DNA of 51,107 nucleotides from an uncultured Acidimicrobiia bacterium (lineage in GTDB: Bacteria; Actinomycetota; Acidimicrobiia; Spongiisociales; UBA5794). This document shows, in pieces, positions 8,000-18,143 of this stretch. A program made the translations under genes and the position numbers. The notes under the pieces were generated by a model, which was given only the letters and a program-made list of their open reading frames with translations, was not told the origin of the DNA and made no database searches. The stretch lies in contig CBDUOH010000004.1 in NCBI GenBank assembly GCA_965368815.1, forward strand, positions 1 to 51,107. The letters are read 5' to 3'. Numbering within the stretch: the first letter of the stretch is position 1; the number at the start of each line of letters is the position of its first letter.

Positions 8000-8406
8000 A
8001 CCGCTACCTCCGGTTTGTCATCCCTGGGATCGTGCTGGTGGCCATTCTCGCTTTCCTGCTCGTCAACCTCAGCGCATCGCTGGTGTACTACAACACACCT
8101 GCAGAGGTCCAGACCCGCGAGGCGAGCACCGAACGGCTCCGGCTCGGTGGGCGGGTCGAACCAGGCTCGGTCTCCCAGGCCGACGAGACCGTGATGTTCA
8201 ATGTCCAGGACTGTGACACGTTCGTCGCGGTGGTGCACCAAGGTGCTCCGCCCCAATTGTTCCAGGAGGGGATTGGTGTGGTGCTCGAGGGAACCTGGGA
8301 CGGTGCGGTGTTCGAGTCCGACACGATGCTCGTCAAGCACGACGAGCAATACCGTTCGGACGACACCGAGTACGACACGGAACGCCACTCCTGTAGCGAG
8401 TCATGA
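7996..8406 (+). CDS. ccmE: Heme chaperone CcmE
   Basis: LVYYNTP, RLGGRV, PQLFQEG and heme-binding KHDEQY (HxxxY). Confidence 0.93.
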   Translation: MNRYLRFVIPGIVLVAILAFLLVNLSASLVYYNTPAEVQTREASTERLRLGGRVEPGSVSQADETVMFNVQDCDTFVAVVHQGAPPQLFQEGIGVVLEGTWDGAVFESDTMLVKHDEQYRSDDTEYDTERHSCSES

Positions 8407-10430
8407 TCGCCGTCGCGGGCTATCTCGCCGTTGTCACCGCCGTGGTCGCAGCCGTGGGCCTTGTCATCCAGGGGGCCCGCGCGTCACGCACAGGTGACCG
8501 ATCCCTCGTCAGTCTGCCGATCCGGGTCCTGGTCGGCTCGGCTGCGGCTTCGTTCATCCTGCTTGAAGCCGGCATTCTGACGCACGATTTCTCGATTGCG
8601 TACATAGCCAACAACACCGCAACGAGCACGCCGTCGGTCTTCCTGTTCGCCGCGGGGTGGGCAGCCCTCGAAGGCTCGATTGTTCTGTGGGGGCTGCTGC
8701 TCGCCGCCTTCATCGGGATCGTGTATCGCTCGAAGGCCTCCAGCGACCCACTCGGCCTTCTCGCGCTTTCGATCATGGGCGCCGTCGCCGTGTTCTGGTT
8801 CGGGCTCATGGCCACCGTCGCGAATCCTTTCGCCGTGTGCACTGCGGTGGCAGGCGGTGTTTGCTCGGACACGGCCTGGTGGCCCCTTGCGCAGTCCTTG
8901 GCACCACTCGAGGGACGTGGGCCGAATCCCCTTCTCCAGAACCACATCCTCATGGCGATCCATCCGCCGATGCTCTACGTCGGGTACGTCGGGATGACGG
9001 TCCCATTCGGGTTCGCAATAGCCGCCCTCATCCGAAGAGAAGGAGGCAAGCGCTGGCTCGACAGGACGCACCGATGGACGCTCGTGTCGTGGGGATTCCT
9101 CACGGCAGGCATCATGCTCGGCGGGTGGTGGTCCTATGAGGTGCTTGGCTGGGGAGGCTATTGGGCGTGGGATCCGGTGGAGAACGCTGCCCTCCTGCCG
9201 TGGCTCGCTGCAACCGCTTTCCTTCACTCAGCGCTCGTTCAACGAAGGCGCGGCATGCTCCAGGCGTGGAACTTCATGCTGGTGATTGCCACATTCTCGC
9301 TCACAATTCTCGGCACCTTCCTCACGCGGTCGGGTGTGATCGCTTCAGTCCACTCGTTCACGCAATCTGCCGTCGGGCCGGCAATCCTGTCGTTCCTCCT
9401 GATCGTCGTCGTGGCGTCGCTCGCACTGTTCGTGGTCCGGGCTCGCGACATCTCCCAGTCGCCACGGCTGGACTCGCTCGTCTCGAGGGAGGGCTTCATC
9501 CTCGCCAACAACCTGTTGCTCACCGTGTTCACGTTCAGCGTGTTGTTCGGCACGATGTATCCGCTGATCGTGGAAGCAATATCGGGTGACGAAGTGGCTG
9601 TCGGTCGACCGTTCTACGACAAGGCAGCCGTCCCCCTTGCGCTTCTGCTGCTGCTCATGATCGGCCTCGGGTCGGTCGCGCCCTGGCGGGTGGCGACGCC
9701 ACACGTGCTCTGGATTCGTCTGCGTTGGCCGATTGCCGGCGCTCTGGTCGCCGGTGCCGTCGCCGTCGTCGCTGGACTCGCATCGGTTGGTGTCCTGATC
9801 ACGCTGGTACTGGCGGTTTTCGTGATCGGCGCACTTGCTCTCCGGTTCGCCGAGGTCGTCAGCGCCAGGCCCGAAGGGCTCCCTGCGGCGGCGCGCAAGG
9901 TTGTCGCCAATGACCCGGGGTACTGGGGCGGGCAGATCGCCCATGTTGGTGTAGCGCTGGTGGCAATCGCGCTGGCGACCACGAGCGGGCTCGCCGTTCG
10001 CGACACGATCTCGATCGGTATCGACGAAAGCGTCGCCAGCGTCGGGTACTGCTTCGAACATCGGGGTCCGTTCGAGACACAACAGGCGCACCGGACGGTG
10101 TCGGGTGTGTCCATCGCAGTACTCGACGAAGCATGCAGCACAGAGATGCGGGTCATGACCCCGAGCGTCAACGAGTACCCGGGTTTCGGTCAGCCGATCG
10201 GGACGCCTGACGTATGGACGCGTTTCACCGAGGACGTGTACCTGCGGATATCGGGCGGAACCTCAGAGACGATCACGCTCGATGTCTTCGTGTTCCCGTT
10301 CCAATGGCTGTTGTGGTTCGGGGGTCTGGTGATCGTGAGCGGTGGAGCCGTGGCGTTCAGGCGGAAACCGGATCGACGCCCGGAACCGTCAGACCGAGTG
10401 ACGCACTCCGAAGGGCTCCTCGATGCGTGA
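8403..10430 (+). CDS. ccmF: Cytochrome c heme lyase CcmF
   Basis: NPLLQN, HPPMLYVGY, WSYEVLGWGGYWAWDPVENA, GTFLTRSG, SVHSF. Confidence 0.96.
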   Translation: MIAVAGYLAVVTAVVAAVGLVIQGARASRTGDRSLVSLPIRVLVGSAAASFILLEAGILTHDFSIAYIANNTATSTPSVFLFAAGWAALEGSIVLWGLLLAAFIGIVYRSKASSDPLGLLALSIMGAVAVFWFGLMATVANPFAVCTAVAGGVCSDTAWWPLAQSLAPLEGRGPNPLLQNHILMAIHPPMLYVGYVGMTVPFGFAIAALIRREGGKRWLDRTHRWTLVSWGFLTAGIMLGGWWSYEVLGWGGYWAWDPVENAALLPWLAATAFLHSALVQRRRGMLQAWNFMLVIATFSLTILGTFLTRSGVIASVHSFTQSAVGPAILSFLLIVVVASLALFVVRARDISQSPRLDSLVSREGFILANNLLLTVFTFSVLFGTMYPLIVEAISGDEVAVGRPFYDKAAVPLALLLLLMIGLGSVAPWRVATPHVLWIRLRWPIAGALVAGAVAVVAGLASVGVLITLVLAVFVIGALALRFAEVVSARPEGLPAAARKVVANDPGYWGGQIAHVGVALVAIALATTSGLAVRDTISIGIDESVASVGYCFEHRGPFETQQAHRTVSGVSIAVLDEACSTEMRVMTPSVNEYPGFGQPIGTPDVWTRFTEDVYLRISGGTSETITLDVFVFPFQWLLWFGGLVIVSGGAVAFRRKPDRRPEPSDRVTHSEGLLDA

Positions 10431-10839
10431 GTCGATGAAGACGCTGCTGCCGATCGCCGTAGGTGCGATCGCTATTGGCGTGATGGTCGTTGGGCTCGCC
10501 GGGGGACCCCAGTCGAGCCCGACGGTCGAGGACCGTGTTGCGAGCCTGACAGCGTCGATCAAATGCCCGTTCTGCAACGGTGAGTCCCTCGCCGATTCGC
10601 CCTCGGGGGTGGCGGGGGACTACCGCGATCTCATCGAGGCGAGGGTCCGTGCCGGTGCAACAGACGAAGAGATCCTTGGCGAATTCGCTGCGAACTTCGG
10701 TGATTCGTACATCCTCGACGGATCCACGACTTCGTGGACGGTCGCGTTGTGGGCGATCCCGGTCGCACTGCTTGTCGGTGGCTTGGTGACGATCGTCGCC
10801 ATGCGACGCAGTTCCGCCGCTCCCAGAGGTGGCCCGTGA
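10423..10839 (+). CDS. ccmH: Cytochrome c biogenesis protein CcmH
   Basis: IKCPFCNGESLADSPS motif and C-terminal LWAIP TM segment. Confidence 0.9.
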   Translation: MRESMKTLLPIAVGAIAIGVMVVGLAGGPQSSPTVEDRVASLTASIKCPFCNGESLADSPSGVAGDYRDLIEARVRAGATDEEILGEFAANFGDSYILDGSTTSWTVALWAIPVALLVGGLVTIVAMRRSSAAPRGGP

Positions 10840-11597
10840 ACGACCCAACGCTCGAACACATCGAATTGCTGAACGATGAACTGTCTGATCTTGAGCGGCA
10901 GGTACTCGAAGGCGACATCGACGAGCCGACAGCCACGAGGCTCCGCGATCGATACACCGCCGAGCTCGAAGCGCTGATCGCCGCCAGAGGTGCCGACGAC
11001 TCGCTGACCACGACTCGCGCAACGCGGAGCTGGATGTCTCGCCGGGCGGCAGTCGGTGTGGCGATTGTCGGTGTGGCGGTTGCGGCGATTGCTGTGTTTG
11101 CAGTCCTTTCACTCAATGATGGTTCCGTGTCGGGAGTCGAAGGTGTCGCGGGTGACGTTCTCGACGGTGACGGCCCGCGCGACCTGTCGACCGTCACGAA
11201 TGACGAGATGGAAGCCGTCGTTGCGGCGAATCCAGACGTGGTACCCATGCGCCTGGCTCTGGCCAGGAGATACTTCGAAGCCGGAGAGTTCGCAAAGGCA
11301 CTCGACCATTACTTCGAGGTACTGGACCGGGAGCAGCACCCCGAGGCCCTCGCGAACGTGGCGTGGATGACCTATCTGTCAGGCCACGCCGACGTCGCCG
11401 TCGGCTATGCGGAAGCGGCGATCGAGCGGGACCCGACGTTTCTCACTGCGCGGTGGTTCCTCGGGAACATCTATGCGACGCTCGGGCGGAATGACGAGGC
11501 CATCGTGATGCTCCGATCCGTGGTTGCCGACGATGAGACCCCGGACGAGGTTCGCGAGAGCGCGCTCGAACTCATCCGGCAATTGGGTGGATCATGA
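10836..11597 (+). CDS. CcmI/CycH-like TPR protein
   Basis: N-terminal ELSDLERQVLEGDI segment, one TM, TPR-like repeats; GTGA overlap. Confidence 0.75.
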   Translation: MNDPTLEHIELLNDELSDLERQVLEGDIDEPTATRLRDRYTAELEALIAARGADDSLTTTRATRSWMSRRAAVGVAIVGVAVAAIAVFAVLSLNDGSVSGVEGVAGDVLDGDGPRDLSTVTNDEMEAVVAANPDVVPMRLALARRYFEAGEFAKALDHYFEVLDREQHPEALANVAWMTYLSGHADVAVGYAEAAIERDPTFLTARWFLGNIYATLGRNDEAIVMLRSVVADDETPDEVRESALELIRQLGGS

Positions 11598-12196
11598 CCC
11601 AGCACTCTGCGGTCCGCGGTTCGAGGATGGTGTGGGCGGTGATCGCTGGCGGAGTGTTGTTCCTCGCCCTTGCGGTTGTCTTCGCCAGCCGTTTCGGCTC
11701 TGATCCCTCCGTCGCCGACTCCCCCCTGATGGGCAAGCAAGCTCCGACCGGACAGATCGCCCTCATGGACGGCTCCGGTGCGGTTTCGGTGGACGAGTTC
11801 GGCGGGGACATCGTGGTTGTCAACTTCTGGGCTTCGTGGTGTCTCGGCTGTCGGACGGAACATGAGGCCCTGATCCGTGCCGCGGACGACTACGCGGACT
11901 TCGGTGTCACGTTCGTTGCCGTCAACTACCAGGACGATCCGGTGCGGGCAGAAGGATTCCTTGCCGAACTCGGCGAGAGTGCCCATACGGTGTACACCGC
12001 GGACGAAGGCTCAAGCACCGCATTCGAGTGGGGGGTGCTCGGCCTCCCTGAGACCTTCTTCGTCGATCGCGATGGAACGATCGTCGGCAAGGTGTCGGGG
12101 CCGATCACCTACGGGCTTCTGAGTCAGACGATCGAATCGATCATCGTGGGGAAATCAATCGGTGACATCTCGACCGGCGAGGTCGAGAACCGCTAG
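11594..12196 (+). CDS. ccmG: CcmG/DsbE (TlpA-family) thiol:disulfide oxidoreductase
   Basis: VVNFWASWCLGCRTE and GLPETFFVDRDG; N-terminal anchor. Confidence 0.88.
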   Translation: MTQHSAVRGSRMVWAVIAGGVLFLALAVVFASRFGSDPSVADSPLMGKQAPTGQIALMDGSGAVSVDEFGGDIVVVNFWASWCLGCRTEHEALIRAADDYADFGVTFVAVNYQDDPVRAEGFLAELGESAHTVYTADEGSSTAFEWGVLGLPETFFVDRDGTIVGKVSGPITYGLLSQTIESIIVGKSIGDISTGEVENR

Positions 12197-12206
12197 GTCA
12201 CGTTGG

Positions 12207-12605
12207 TCAGCCGATCGTCGCAAGTGCTGCGACGAGGTGATCGTTGGCCTCGGTGGCCACCGCCTCGAGATCCGGGGAGTCCGCCGCGACCCCGAGCATG
12301 GAATGCGGGTTGACGACCGATATCCGCGTCTTGCCATCGATCGTCGCAATCACGACATTGCATGGCAGCAGCAGGCCGATGTTGTCGTCGGCACCGATGG
12401 CCCGGTTGGCAAGGTTCGGATTGCACGCACCCAATATCTTGTACGCGTCCCGTGTGATCCCGAGCTTCGAGGCGAATGTCGCCGCGACGTCGATCTCGGT
12501 GAGGATTCCGAAACCTCGTTCAGCGAGGGCCGCTCGCATGGCGGTCTCTGCCTCATCAACGGACATCTCTGTGGTGACTTCGTAGCCGTACCGTGTCTTG
12601 TTCAC
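12207..12605 (-). CDS. DUF302 domain protein
   Basis: GFGILTEIDV, YKILGACNP, IGLLLPCNVV. Confidence 0.9.
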   Translation of the reverse strand: MNKTRYGYEVTTEMSVDEAETAMRAALAERGFGILTEIDVAATFASKLGITRDAYKILGACNPNLANRAIGADDNIGLLLPCNVVIATIDGKTRISVVNPHSMLGVAADSPDLEAVATEANDHLVAALATIG

Positions 12606-12695
12606 GCTGGGTTCCTTTGCCGACGCCTCACCCGTGGTCTACCGCGACGCGGCGGCTATTGCTCCGACGCACGGAGGAGCACTTCCATCCGTGGG

Positions 12696-12905
12696 TCAGG
12701 CTGGCGTGCCGATTCGGAGCGACGCCATCAGACGTTCGGTCGCGTCCGCTATCTCACGCACGGCGGTGTCGAACGCATCCTGATTGTGGGATGCGGGCTT
12801 GGAGAAACCCGACACCTTCCGAACGTACTGGCGCGAGGCTTCCTCCATCGCAACGCGATCGAAGATCTCGGTTCCGTCCCTGAGTCTGTGGATTGATCTG
12901 CACAT
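12696..12905 (-). CDS. DUF2277 family protein
   Basis: MCRSIHRLR...ASRQYVRKVSGFSKPASHNQDAF; TACTGT 6 nt before the ATG. Confidence 0.85.
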   Translation of the reverse strand: MCRSIHRLRDGTEIFDRVAMEEASRQYVRKVSGFSKPASHNQDAFDTAVREIADATERLMASLRIGTPA

Positions 12906-12940
12906 GCCGCAACAGTAGTTGGCCGCCGACCCAGGTGGAC

Positions 12941-13540
12941 TCAACGTCCTTCTCGTGTGCCGTCCTCGGATGCTGCGTGAGCCGCGATCGCATCGATCAC
13001 GAGGCCGATCGTGGTCGCGAATGAGTCGTCGATGTCGTCGGCCAACGCGAATCCGCCTCGGTTCTCGAGATCAACGAAGCCATGTACCGACGCTCGTAGT
13101 GCCCTGATCAGGGGGACAACCGCCCCGGGGTCGACGCCCATCGAGCCGAGGATCGATCCGATGACTGCAACCGGCCTGGCGAAGGCCGCAGCCAATTCAG
13201 GATCCTCCTCAGCCGACGGTGCGGGCAGAAGCGAGTCGTAGAGCCCCGGGTGGCGGCGGGCGAACGATCGCAACTGCTCGGCAACCGACCTCAGCGCATC
13301 GATACCAGCCAAGCCCTCGACACTCGTGGCGGCCTCGACTGTGAGTACTTCGCTGGCGTGGAGCGCCAGCTCTCGACGGAGCCCTGTGATTCCGTCGACG
13401 TGGCTGTACAGAGAAGGGGACCGCACCCCGAGATCCGCAGCGAGCGATGCAAGCGTGAGTGCGCCAAGACCGTCGCGGTCGACGATGGCGGTCGCGGCGG
13501 CCACCACCTGCTCCCGATCCAGTCCGCGTTTGCGACCCAT
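12941..13540 (-). CDS. TetR/AcrR regulator with WHG-type C-terminal domain
   Basis: HTH LTLASLAADLGVRSPSLYSH; RASVHGFVDLE. Confidence 0.9.
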   Translation of the reverse strand: MGRKRGLDREQVVAAATAIVDRDGLGALTLASLAADLGVRSPSLYSHVDGITGLRRELALHASEVLTVEAATSVEGLAGIDALRSVAEQLRSFARRHPGLYDSLLPAPSAEEDPELAAAFARPVAVIGSILGSMGVDPGAVVPLIRALRASVHGFVDLENRGGFALADDIDDSFATTIGLVIDAIAAHAASEDGTREGR

Positions 13541-13983
13541 CAGGAAACGGCGACGGACTCGGCCCGTGTCTTCAGTGCCCGGTTCATCGCCTCGAATCCG
13601 GACTTCGTCTGGGTATCGAGCGACTTGCGGAAGAAGCGGACGAGTACCCCGGAGAACGTCTCGCTCTGAGTGAGCTTCGTGCCGTTGGGGGATGCTGCGA
13701 TCTCGAAACGGTGTCGACCGTCAAAGATGCCGCGGAATCCGAGGCTGCCCAGCCACTCCAGGACCCTTCCGCTCTCGACGACCGTGACCCGTGGTTTGAA
13801 TGTCACGGCGTTGCCTTCCGGGGGTTCCAGCCTGTTGATCAGCTTCGTGCCGACCCGAGCCTCGCCCACGGACGAAGTGATGAAGGGGTTCCAGTCCGCG
13901 TATCTGTCCAGGTCGGTCAAAACCTGCCAGACCACTTCGGGTGTGGCGTCGATCTCGATCTCGGTGTGCAGTTCGTGGCGCAT
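13540..13983 (-). CDS. SRPBCC (polyketide cyclase/dehydrase-like) domain protein
   Basis: TEIEIDATPEVVWQVLTDLDRYADWNPF; FDGRHRFEI. Confidence 0.9.
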   Translation of the reverse strand: MRHELHTEIEIDATPEVVWQVLTDLDRYADWNPFITSSVGEARVGTKLINRLEPPEGNAVTFKPRVTVVESGRVLEWLGSLGFRGIFDGRHRFEIAASPNGTKLTQSETFSGVLVRFFRKSLDTQTKSGFEAMNRALKTRAESVAVS

Positions 13984-14004
13984 GGCCGTTCTCCTTGCAT
14001 GTGA

Positions 14005-14047
14005 CTAATGACATTAGGACGATAACTAATCGCATTAGGCATGTCAA
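14005..14047 (-). promoter_or_regulatory. Sigma70-type promoter with twin palindromic operators
   Basis: Minus strand TTGACA-17 nt-TATCGT; CTAAT-N3-ATTAG at 14005-14017 and 14026-14038. Confidence 0.85.
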
Positions 14048-14151
14048 GAGCGATTCGTTCTACACGCCAGCTTCCGCCGATCGCTGTACGTCTGGACGTC
14101 GAGGAACGATACGCTCCAGCAATCGCAGCCGCGTATTGAAGGAGTTCCGAA

Positions 14152-16662
14152 TTGGCTTCCGAAGCTGACTACCGCTTGCCGCGTTCGGTGATACCGAGCC
14201 ACTACGACATCCACCTCGAGCCTGACCTTGTGTCAGCGTCGTTCACTGGAACGGTGGGAATCGACGTGGACATCGTCGAGTCGACCTCCGATGTCGTCCT
14301 GAACGCGATCGAACTCGATCTTCATTCCGCTGTCATCGAACAGGATGGTGTCGAGCACCCGGCCTCGATCACCCTTGATGCGTCCTCAGAGCGAGCCACC
14401 CTCTCAACCACCTCCCCTCTCGGGACCGGTCCAGCGCGGATCGAGATCAGTTTCACGGGCGTCCTCAACGACGACTTGCGTGGGTTCTACCGATCGGTCT
14501 ACACGATCGACGGTGTCGAGAAGGTCATGGCGACCACGCAATTCGAGGCGACGGACGCACGTCGGGCGTTCCCGTGCTGGGATGAACCGGACCTCAAGGC
14601 AACCTACGGAGTGAAGCTTGTGGTCGAGGACGGTCTCATGGCTGTCTCCAACGCCGCCGAAACAGGCAGACGCACTCGCGAGGACGGCAAGATCGAGGTG
14701 ACGTTCGCCGACACCATGAAGATGTCGACGTACCTCGTGGCGTTCATCGTGGGCGAGCTCGTTGCCACGGACGCTGTCGATGTGGACGGCACCCCGCTCC
14801 GGATCATCGCACCACCGGGCAACGAGGATCTGACGGATTTTGCGCTCGACATGGGCGCCCACTCGCTCCGATTCTTCTCCGAGTACTACGACATCCCGTA
14901 TCCGGGTGACAAGCTCGACATGATCGCCATCCCCGACTTTGCGTTCGGTGCGATGGAGAATCTCGGGTGCATCACGTATCGGGAAACCGCTCTCCTCCTC
15001 GATCCCAAGACCGCCACCCAAGGCGAGATGACGAGGGTCGCCGACGTGATCGCCCATGAGATTGCACACATGTGGTTCGGCGACCTCGTCACGATGCAGT
15101 GGTGGAACGGCATTTGGCTGAACGAGGCATTCGCAACGTTCGCCGAGATCAAATGCGTCAACGCCTATCGACCCGAGTGGCAGCGATGGTTGTCGTTCTC
15201 GGCGATGCGATCGATCAGTCAGGAGACAGACGCACTGGCGGCGACCCGCCCCATCGAGGTGCCCGTTGCCTCGCCCGAGGACGCGAACGCGATGTTCGAC
15301 GTGCTGACGTACCAGAAGGGATCCTCCGTTCTGCGCATGCTTGAGCAGTATCTCGGTGAGGACGAGTTCCGAAAGGGAGTCACCGCGTACCTCAAGAAGC
15401 ATGCGTATGGCAACACGGACACACCCGATCTGTGGGCGGCACTCGAGGCGGCATCGGGCGAGCCGGTCGGCGAGATCATGGACACGTGGATCTTCCAGGG
15501 AGGGTATCCGAGGCTCAATGTTGAGCGCGATGGTGACAACTACCGACTCACCCAGGAGCACTTCCGTCTGATCGGGGACGGCGAATCGACGTGGAAGGTG
15601 CCCGTGCTCTACACGTCGTCGGAAGGAGACGGAAAGGTCATCGTCGGTGAGGACCCTGTCGTGGTGCAGGCCGGGGCGGACGCCATCTTCGATTCCGGCG
15701 GCGAGGGGTTCTTCAGGGTCAACTATGACGAAGACATCCTCGACGGTGTGATCGCTCGGCTGACGGACCTCGATCCGATCGAGCGCTATTCGATCGTCTC
15801 GGACACGTATGCGGCCGTACTCAAGGGCGACCTTCGTGCGGGGAACTACCTGGAGCTCGTTGCGCGACTCAAGGACGAGGACGAGGTCGATGTCTGGTCC
15901 ATTGCTCTTGCCGGGATCGCCGAACTCGACCGCGTGATCTCGTCTGATGACCGACCAAGGATGCAGGCATATGTTCGGGGTCTCGTCTCGCGGAAGGTCG
16001 ACGAACTCGGCTGGAATCCCCGCTCCGGTGAATCCGACAGGAAACGGCAGATGCGTGGTCTGCTGCTGAGAACGCTCGGCAATCTGGGGCAGGATGTCGA
16101 CACCATCGGCGAGGCGATGAACGTCTATACGTCCGGCGGCGCAGTCGATGCCGAGGTCGCAGAGGCGGCCCTGATGATCGTGGCGTCGAATGACGACGGT
16201 GGTCGGCTGGACGAATTGATGAGCAAGTCGAATGCCGCCACCAACCCGCAGCAGAAGATCAAATTCCTCCGGGCAGCGACCCAACTCGGGAGTCCGGAGT
16301 CAGCCGAAAAGCTGTTCCGGATGTGTCTTGACGGCACGGTCCGGACCCAGGACACGTTCTGGGTCCTTGCGTTGCTGATCGGTCACCGAGAGAACGGACC
16401 CCTAGTCTGGAATCTCGTCACCGAGCATTGGGATGAGGTCATCGGTGTGATTCCCCCGGCGACGAAGCGGCGTCTCATCGACCTCCTCCCGAACCGATCG
16501 GAGCCTGAGGTCGCCGCATCCATCGAAGCCTGGTTCGAGGATCATGAGATCCCAGGTGGTGCCCTCGCGGTCCGTCAGCAGCTCGAACTCTTGCGTGCCA
16601 ACGTCGGTCTCCGTGAGCGCGAAGGCACCCGGATGGGTGAGGCATTGGACCAGCTCGGCTGA
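14152..16662 (+). CDS. pepN: M1 family aminopeptidase (aminopeptidase N, ERAP1-like C-terminal domain)
   Basis: GAMEN, HEIAH...NE zinc motif, ARRAFPCWDEP; AAGGAG RBS before TTG. Confidence 0.95.
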   Translation: MASEADYRLPRSVIPSHYDIHLEPDLVSASFTGTVGIDVDIVESTSDVVLNAIELDLHSAVIEQDGVEHPASITLDASSERATLSTTSPLGTGPARIEISFTGVLNDDLRGFYRSVYTIDGVEKVMATTQFEATDARRAFPCWDEPDLKATYGVKLVVEDGLMAVSNAAETGRRTREDGKIEVTFADTMKMSTYLVAFIVGELVATDAVDVDGTPLRIIAPPGNEDLTDFALDMGAHSLRFFSEYYDIPYPGDKLDMIAIPDFAFGAMENLGCITYRETALLLDPKTATQGEMTRVADVIAHEIAHMWFGDLVTMQWWNGIWLNEAFATFAEIKCVNAYRPEWQRWLSFSAMRSISQETDALAATRPIEVPVASPEDANAMFDVLTYQKGSSVLRMLEQYLGEDEFRKGVTAYLKKHAYGNTDTPDLWAALEAASGEPVGEIMDTWIFQGGYPRLNVERDGDNYRLTQEHFRLIGDGESTWKVPVLYTSSEGDGKVIVGEDPVVVQAGADAIFDSGGEGFFRVNYDEDILDGVIARLTDLDPIERYSIVSDTYAAVLKGDLRAGNYLELVARLKDEDEVDVWSIALAGIAELDRVISSDDRPRMQAYVRGLVSRKVDELGWNPRSGESDRKRQMRGLLLRTLGNLGQDVDTIGEAMNVYTSGGAVDAEVAEAALMIVASNDDGGRLDELMSKSNAATNPQQKIKFLRAATQLGSPESAEKLFRMCLDGTVRTQDTFWVLALLIGHRENGPLVWNLVTEHWDEVIGVIPPATKRRLIDLLPNRSEPEVAASIEAWFEDHEIPGGALAVRQQLELLRANVGLREREGTRMGEALDQLG

Positions 16663-16686
16663 TCCCAGCCCTCCTGCAAGGTCACA

Positions 16687-16745
16687 CGTTCCGTGGGTCC
16701 GAGTACCACGTTTTCGTGGTCGTACAACCCCGGGTACGCGGATTC
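16687..16745 (+). repeat. 59-bp intergenic repeat, copy 1
   Basis: 56/59 identical to 22191-22249; internal hairpin ACCACG-tttt-CGTGGT. Confidence 0.9.
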
Positions 16746-17307
16746 AGTCGGTTGCGGCAGCTTGTTGCGTGCTGCGGCGGGGTCTCGGCCCTCGGCTTCC
16801 GATGATTCTGACAATGGTCAGGAGGAAGACCGATGTCACGGCGATGGTGTACGTGGCGATGGCCGCGGGGTGACTTGTGTCCGTTCCCGCGAGCACACCA
16901 TGACCGGTGCCGGCCAGGAACACCCCGAACGACAAGTAGTGCAGGTTGCGCCACCGTGTCTGACCGATCCACTTCTTGACGTAGAAGGTCAGCGACACCA
17001 CCGCCATCGTCCAGAAGCTGACGATGCCGAAGGTGACGGCGAGTGGTTCCCACGTGCTGAGGCCAGGAATCAGTATGTCGAACCACGAGAACCCGATGAA
17101 CTCATCCATCGAGAGGGCGACGATGTGAACGACTGTCGCAAGCAACGCCGCGAGGCCGAGCGATTCGTGGAGCCATTGGAGACCCTTCGCCTTGACCGCG
17201 CGGCCGAACGCCTTGCTTGAGATCATGAGACCCCACAGCATCGACGCAGAGAGCAGGCCGTAGGCGACGAACCCGGATCCCCGGATGATGTACCACGTCA
17301 GATTCAT
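16744..17307 (-). CDS. Ferric reductase-like (MsrQ-like) di-heme transmembrane protein
   Basis: WYIIRGSGFVAY; four His in TM segments (LHESL, VHIVA, WRNLHYLSF, GHGVLAGTD). Confidence 0.88.
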   Translation of the reverse strand: MNLTWYIIRGSGFVAYGLLSASMLWGLMISSKAFGRAVKAKGLQWLHESLGLAALLATVVHIVALSMDEFIGFSWFDILIPGLSTWEPLAVTFGIVSFWTMAVVSLTFYVKKWIGQTRWRNLHYLSFGVFLAGTGHGVLAGTDTSHPAAIATYTIAVTSVFLLTIVRIIGSRGPRPRRSTQQAAATD

Positions 17308-18143
17308 GATGCCTTCGCCTCCGTGGTGCCATAGACACTGCCGTCGTGCCAGATCACGACCGCACCACGGATCCATTCCTGGCGGTCGGCCCACGCCAGC
17401 CCGTCGGCACCGATCAGGGCGACGGCTTTTGCACCGGCTTCCGCCTCGGCCGCTGTGTCGGCGACGACCGTTGCACTCAGTATTGGTGTGGACGCCGGGG
17501 CCATGGTTCGCGGGTCGATGAGATGGTGCGCCTTGACTGGTCCGGCGTTCCACGTCCGGCGTGTGATCGAGCTTGTCGCGAGGGCACCGGCTCCTACCGC
17601 GACCGATGCTGCGACGGTGTCGTCGTCGTCGACGACCTCCACGACAAGCGATGGTTCACGGGATCGCAGATCGCCACCAGCGGACGCAATGATCGCGGCA
17701 CCCGCCTCGACGACCTGATCGGCGGTCCAACCCTTTGCGATACCGCCGAGATCGAAGATCGTGCCCCGAGCGCGGCGGAGGACGTTGCCATCGACCGTCC
17801 ACGATGGTGCAGCAGTCGGATCGGGGATGTCGGGGAGGTCCGTCATGTCGACGAACGTGGTGCGGTATCCCCACGAAACCACTGCGCCACCGACACCGAC
17901 ATCAACGAGACCATCTGTGCGGTCACGGATCTCCGATGCGAGGACAAGGACGGCAGCGAGCTCGTCCGAGACCGTGATCCGACGGTCCGTGCTCCGGTTG
18001 ATGATTGAGAGTTCGCTGTCGGCGATGAACCGACTGAATCGTTGTTCATACGCGCCGAACATCTGACGCGCGCGTCGATCATTGCCATCGGACGTGTGAA
18101 CGGCCACGGTGGTACCCATGGCACGGAACGACGTTCGGATCAT
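17304..18143 (-). CDS. apbE: FAD:protein FMN transferase ApbE
   Basis: FRAMGT, FSRFIADSELS, DLGGIAKG, AGGD, ALATSS, HHLIDPRT. Confidence 0.94.
   Translation of the reverse strand: MIRTSFRAMGTTVAVHTSDGNDRRARQMFGAYEQRFSRFIADSELSIINRSTDRRITVSDELAAVLVLASEIRDRTDGLVDVGVGGAVVSWGYRTTFVDMTDLPDIPDPTAAPSWTVDGNVLRRARGTIFDLGGIAKGWTADQVVEAGAAIIASAGGDLRSREPSLVVEVVDDDDTVAASVAVGAGALATSSITRRTWNAGPVKAHHLIDPRTMAPASTPILSATVVADTAAEAEAGAKAVALIGADGLAWADRQEWIRGAVVIWHDGSVYGTTEAKAS

Noticed and set aside
14404-16284. 626-aa antisense ORF over pepN, and similar long shadow ORFs (e.g. 19545..20609, 26530..27540, 47047..48603)
   Set aside because: They lie opposite well-identified genes, have no motifs, and are expected in high-GC DNA where stop codons are rare
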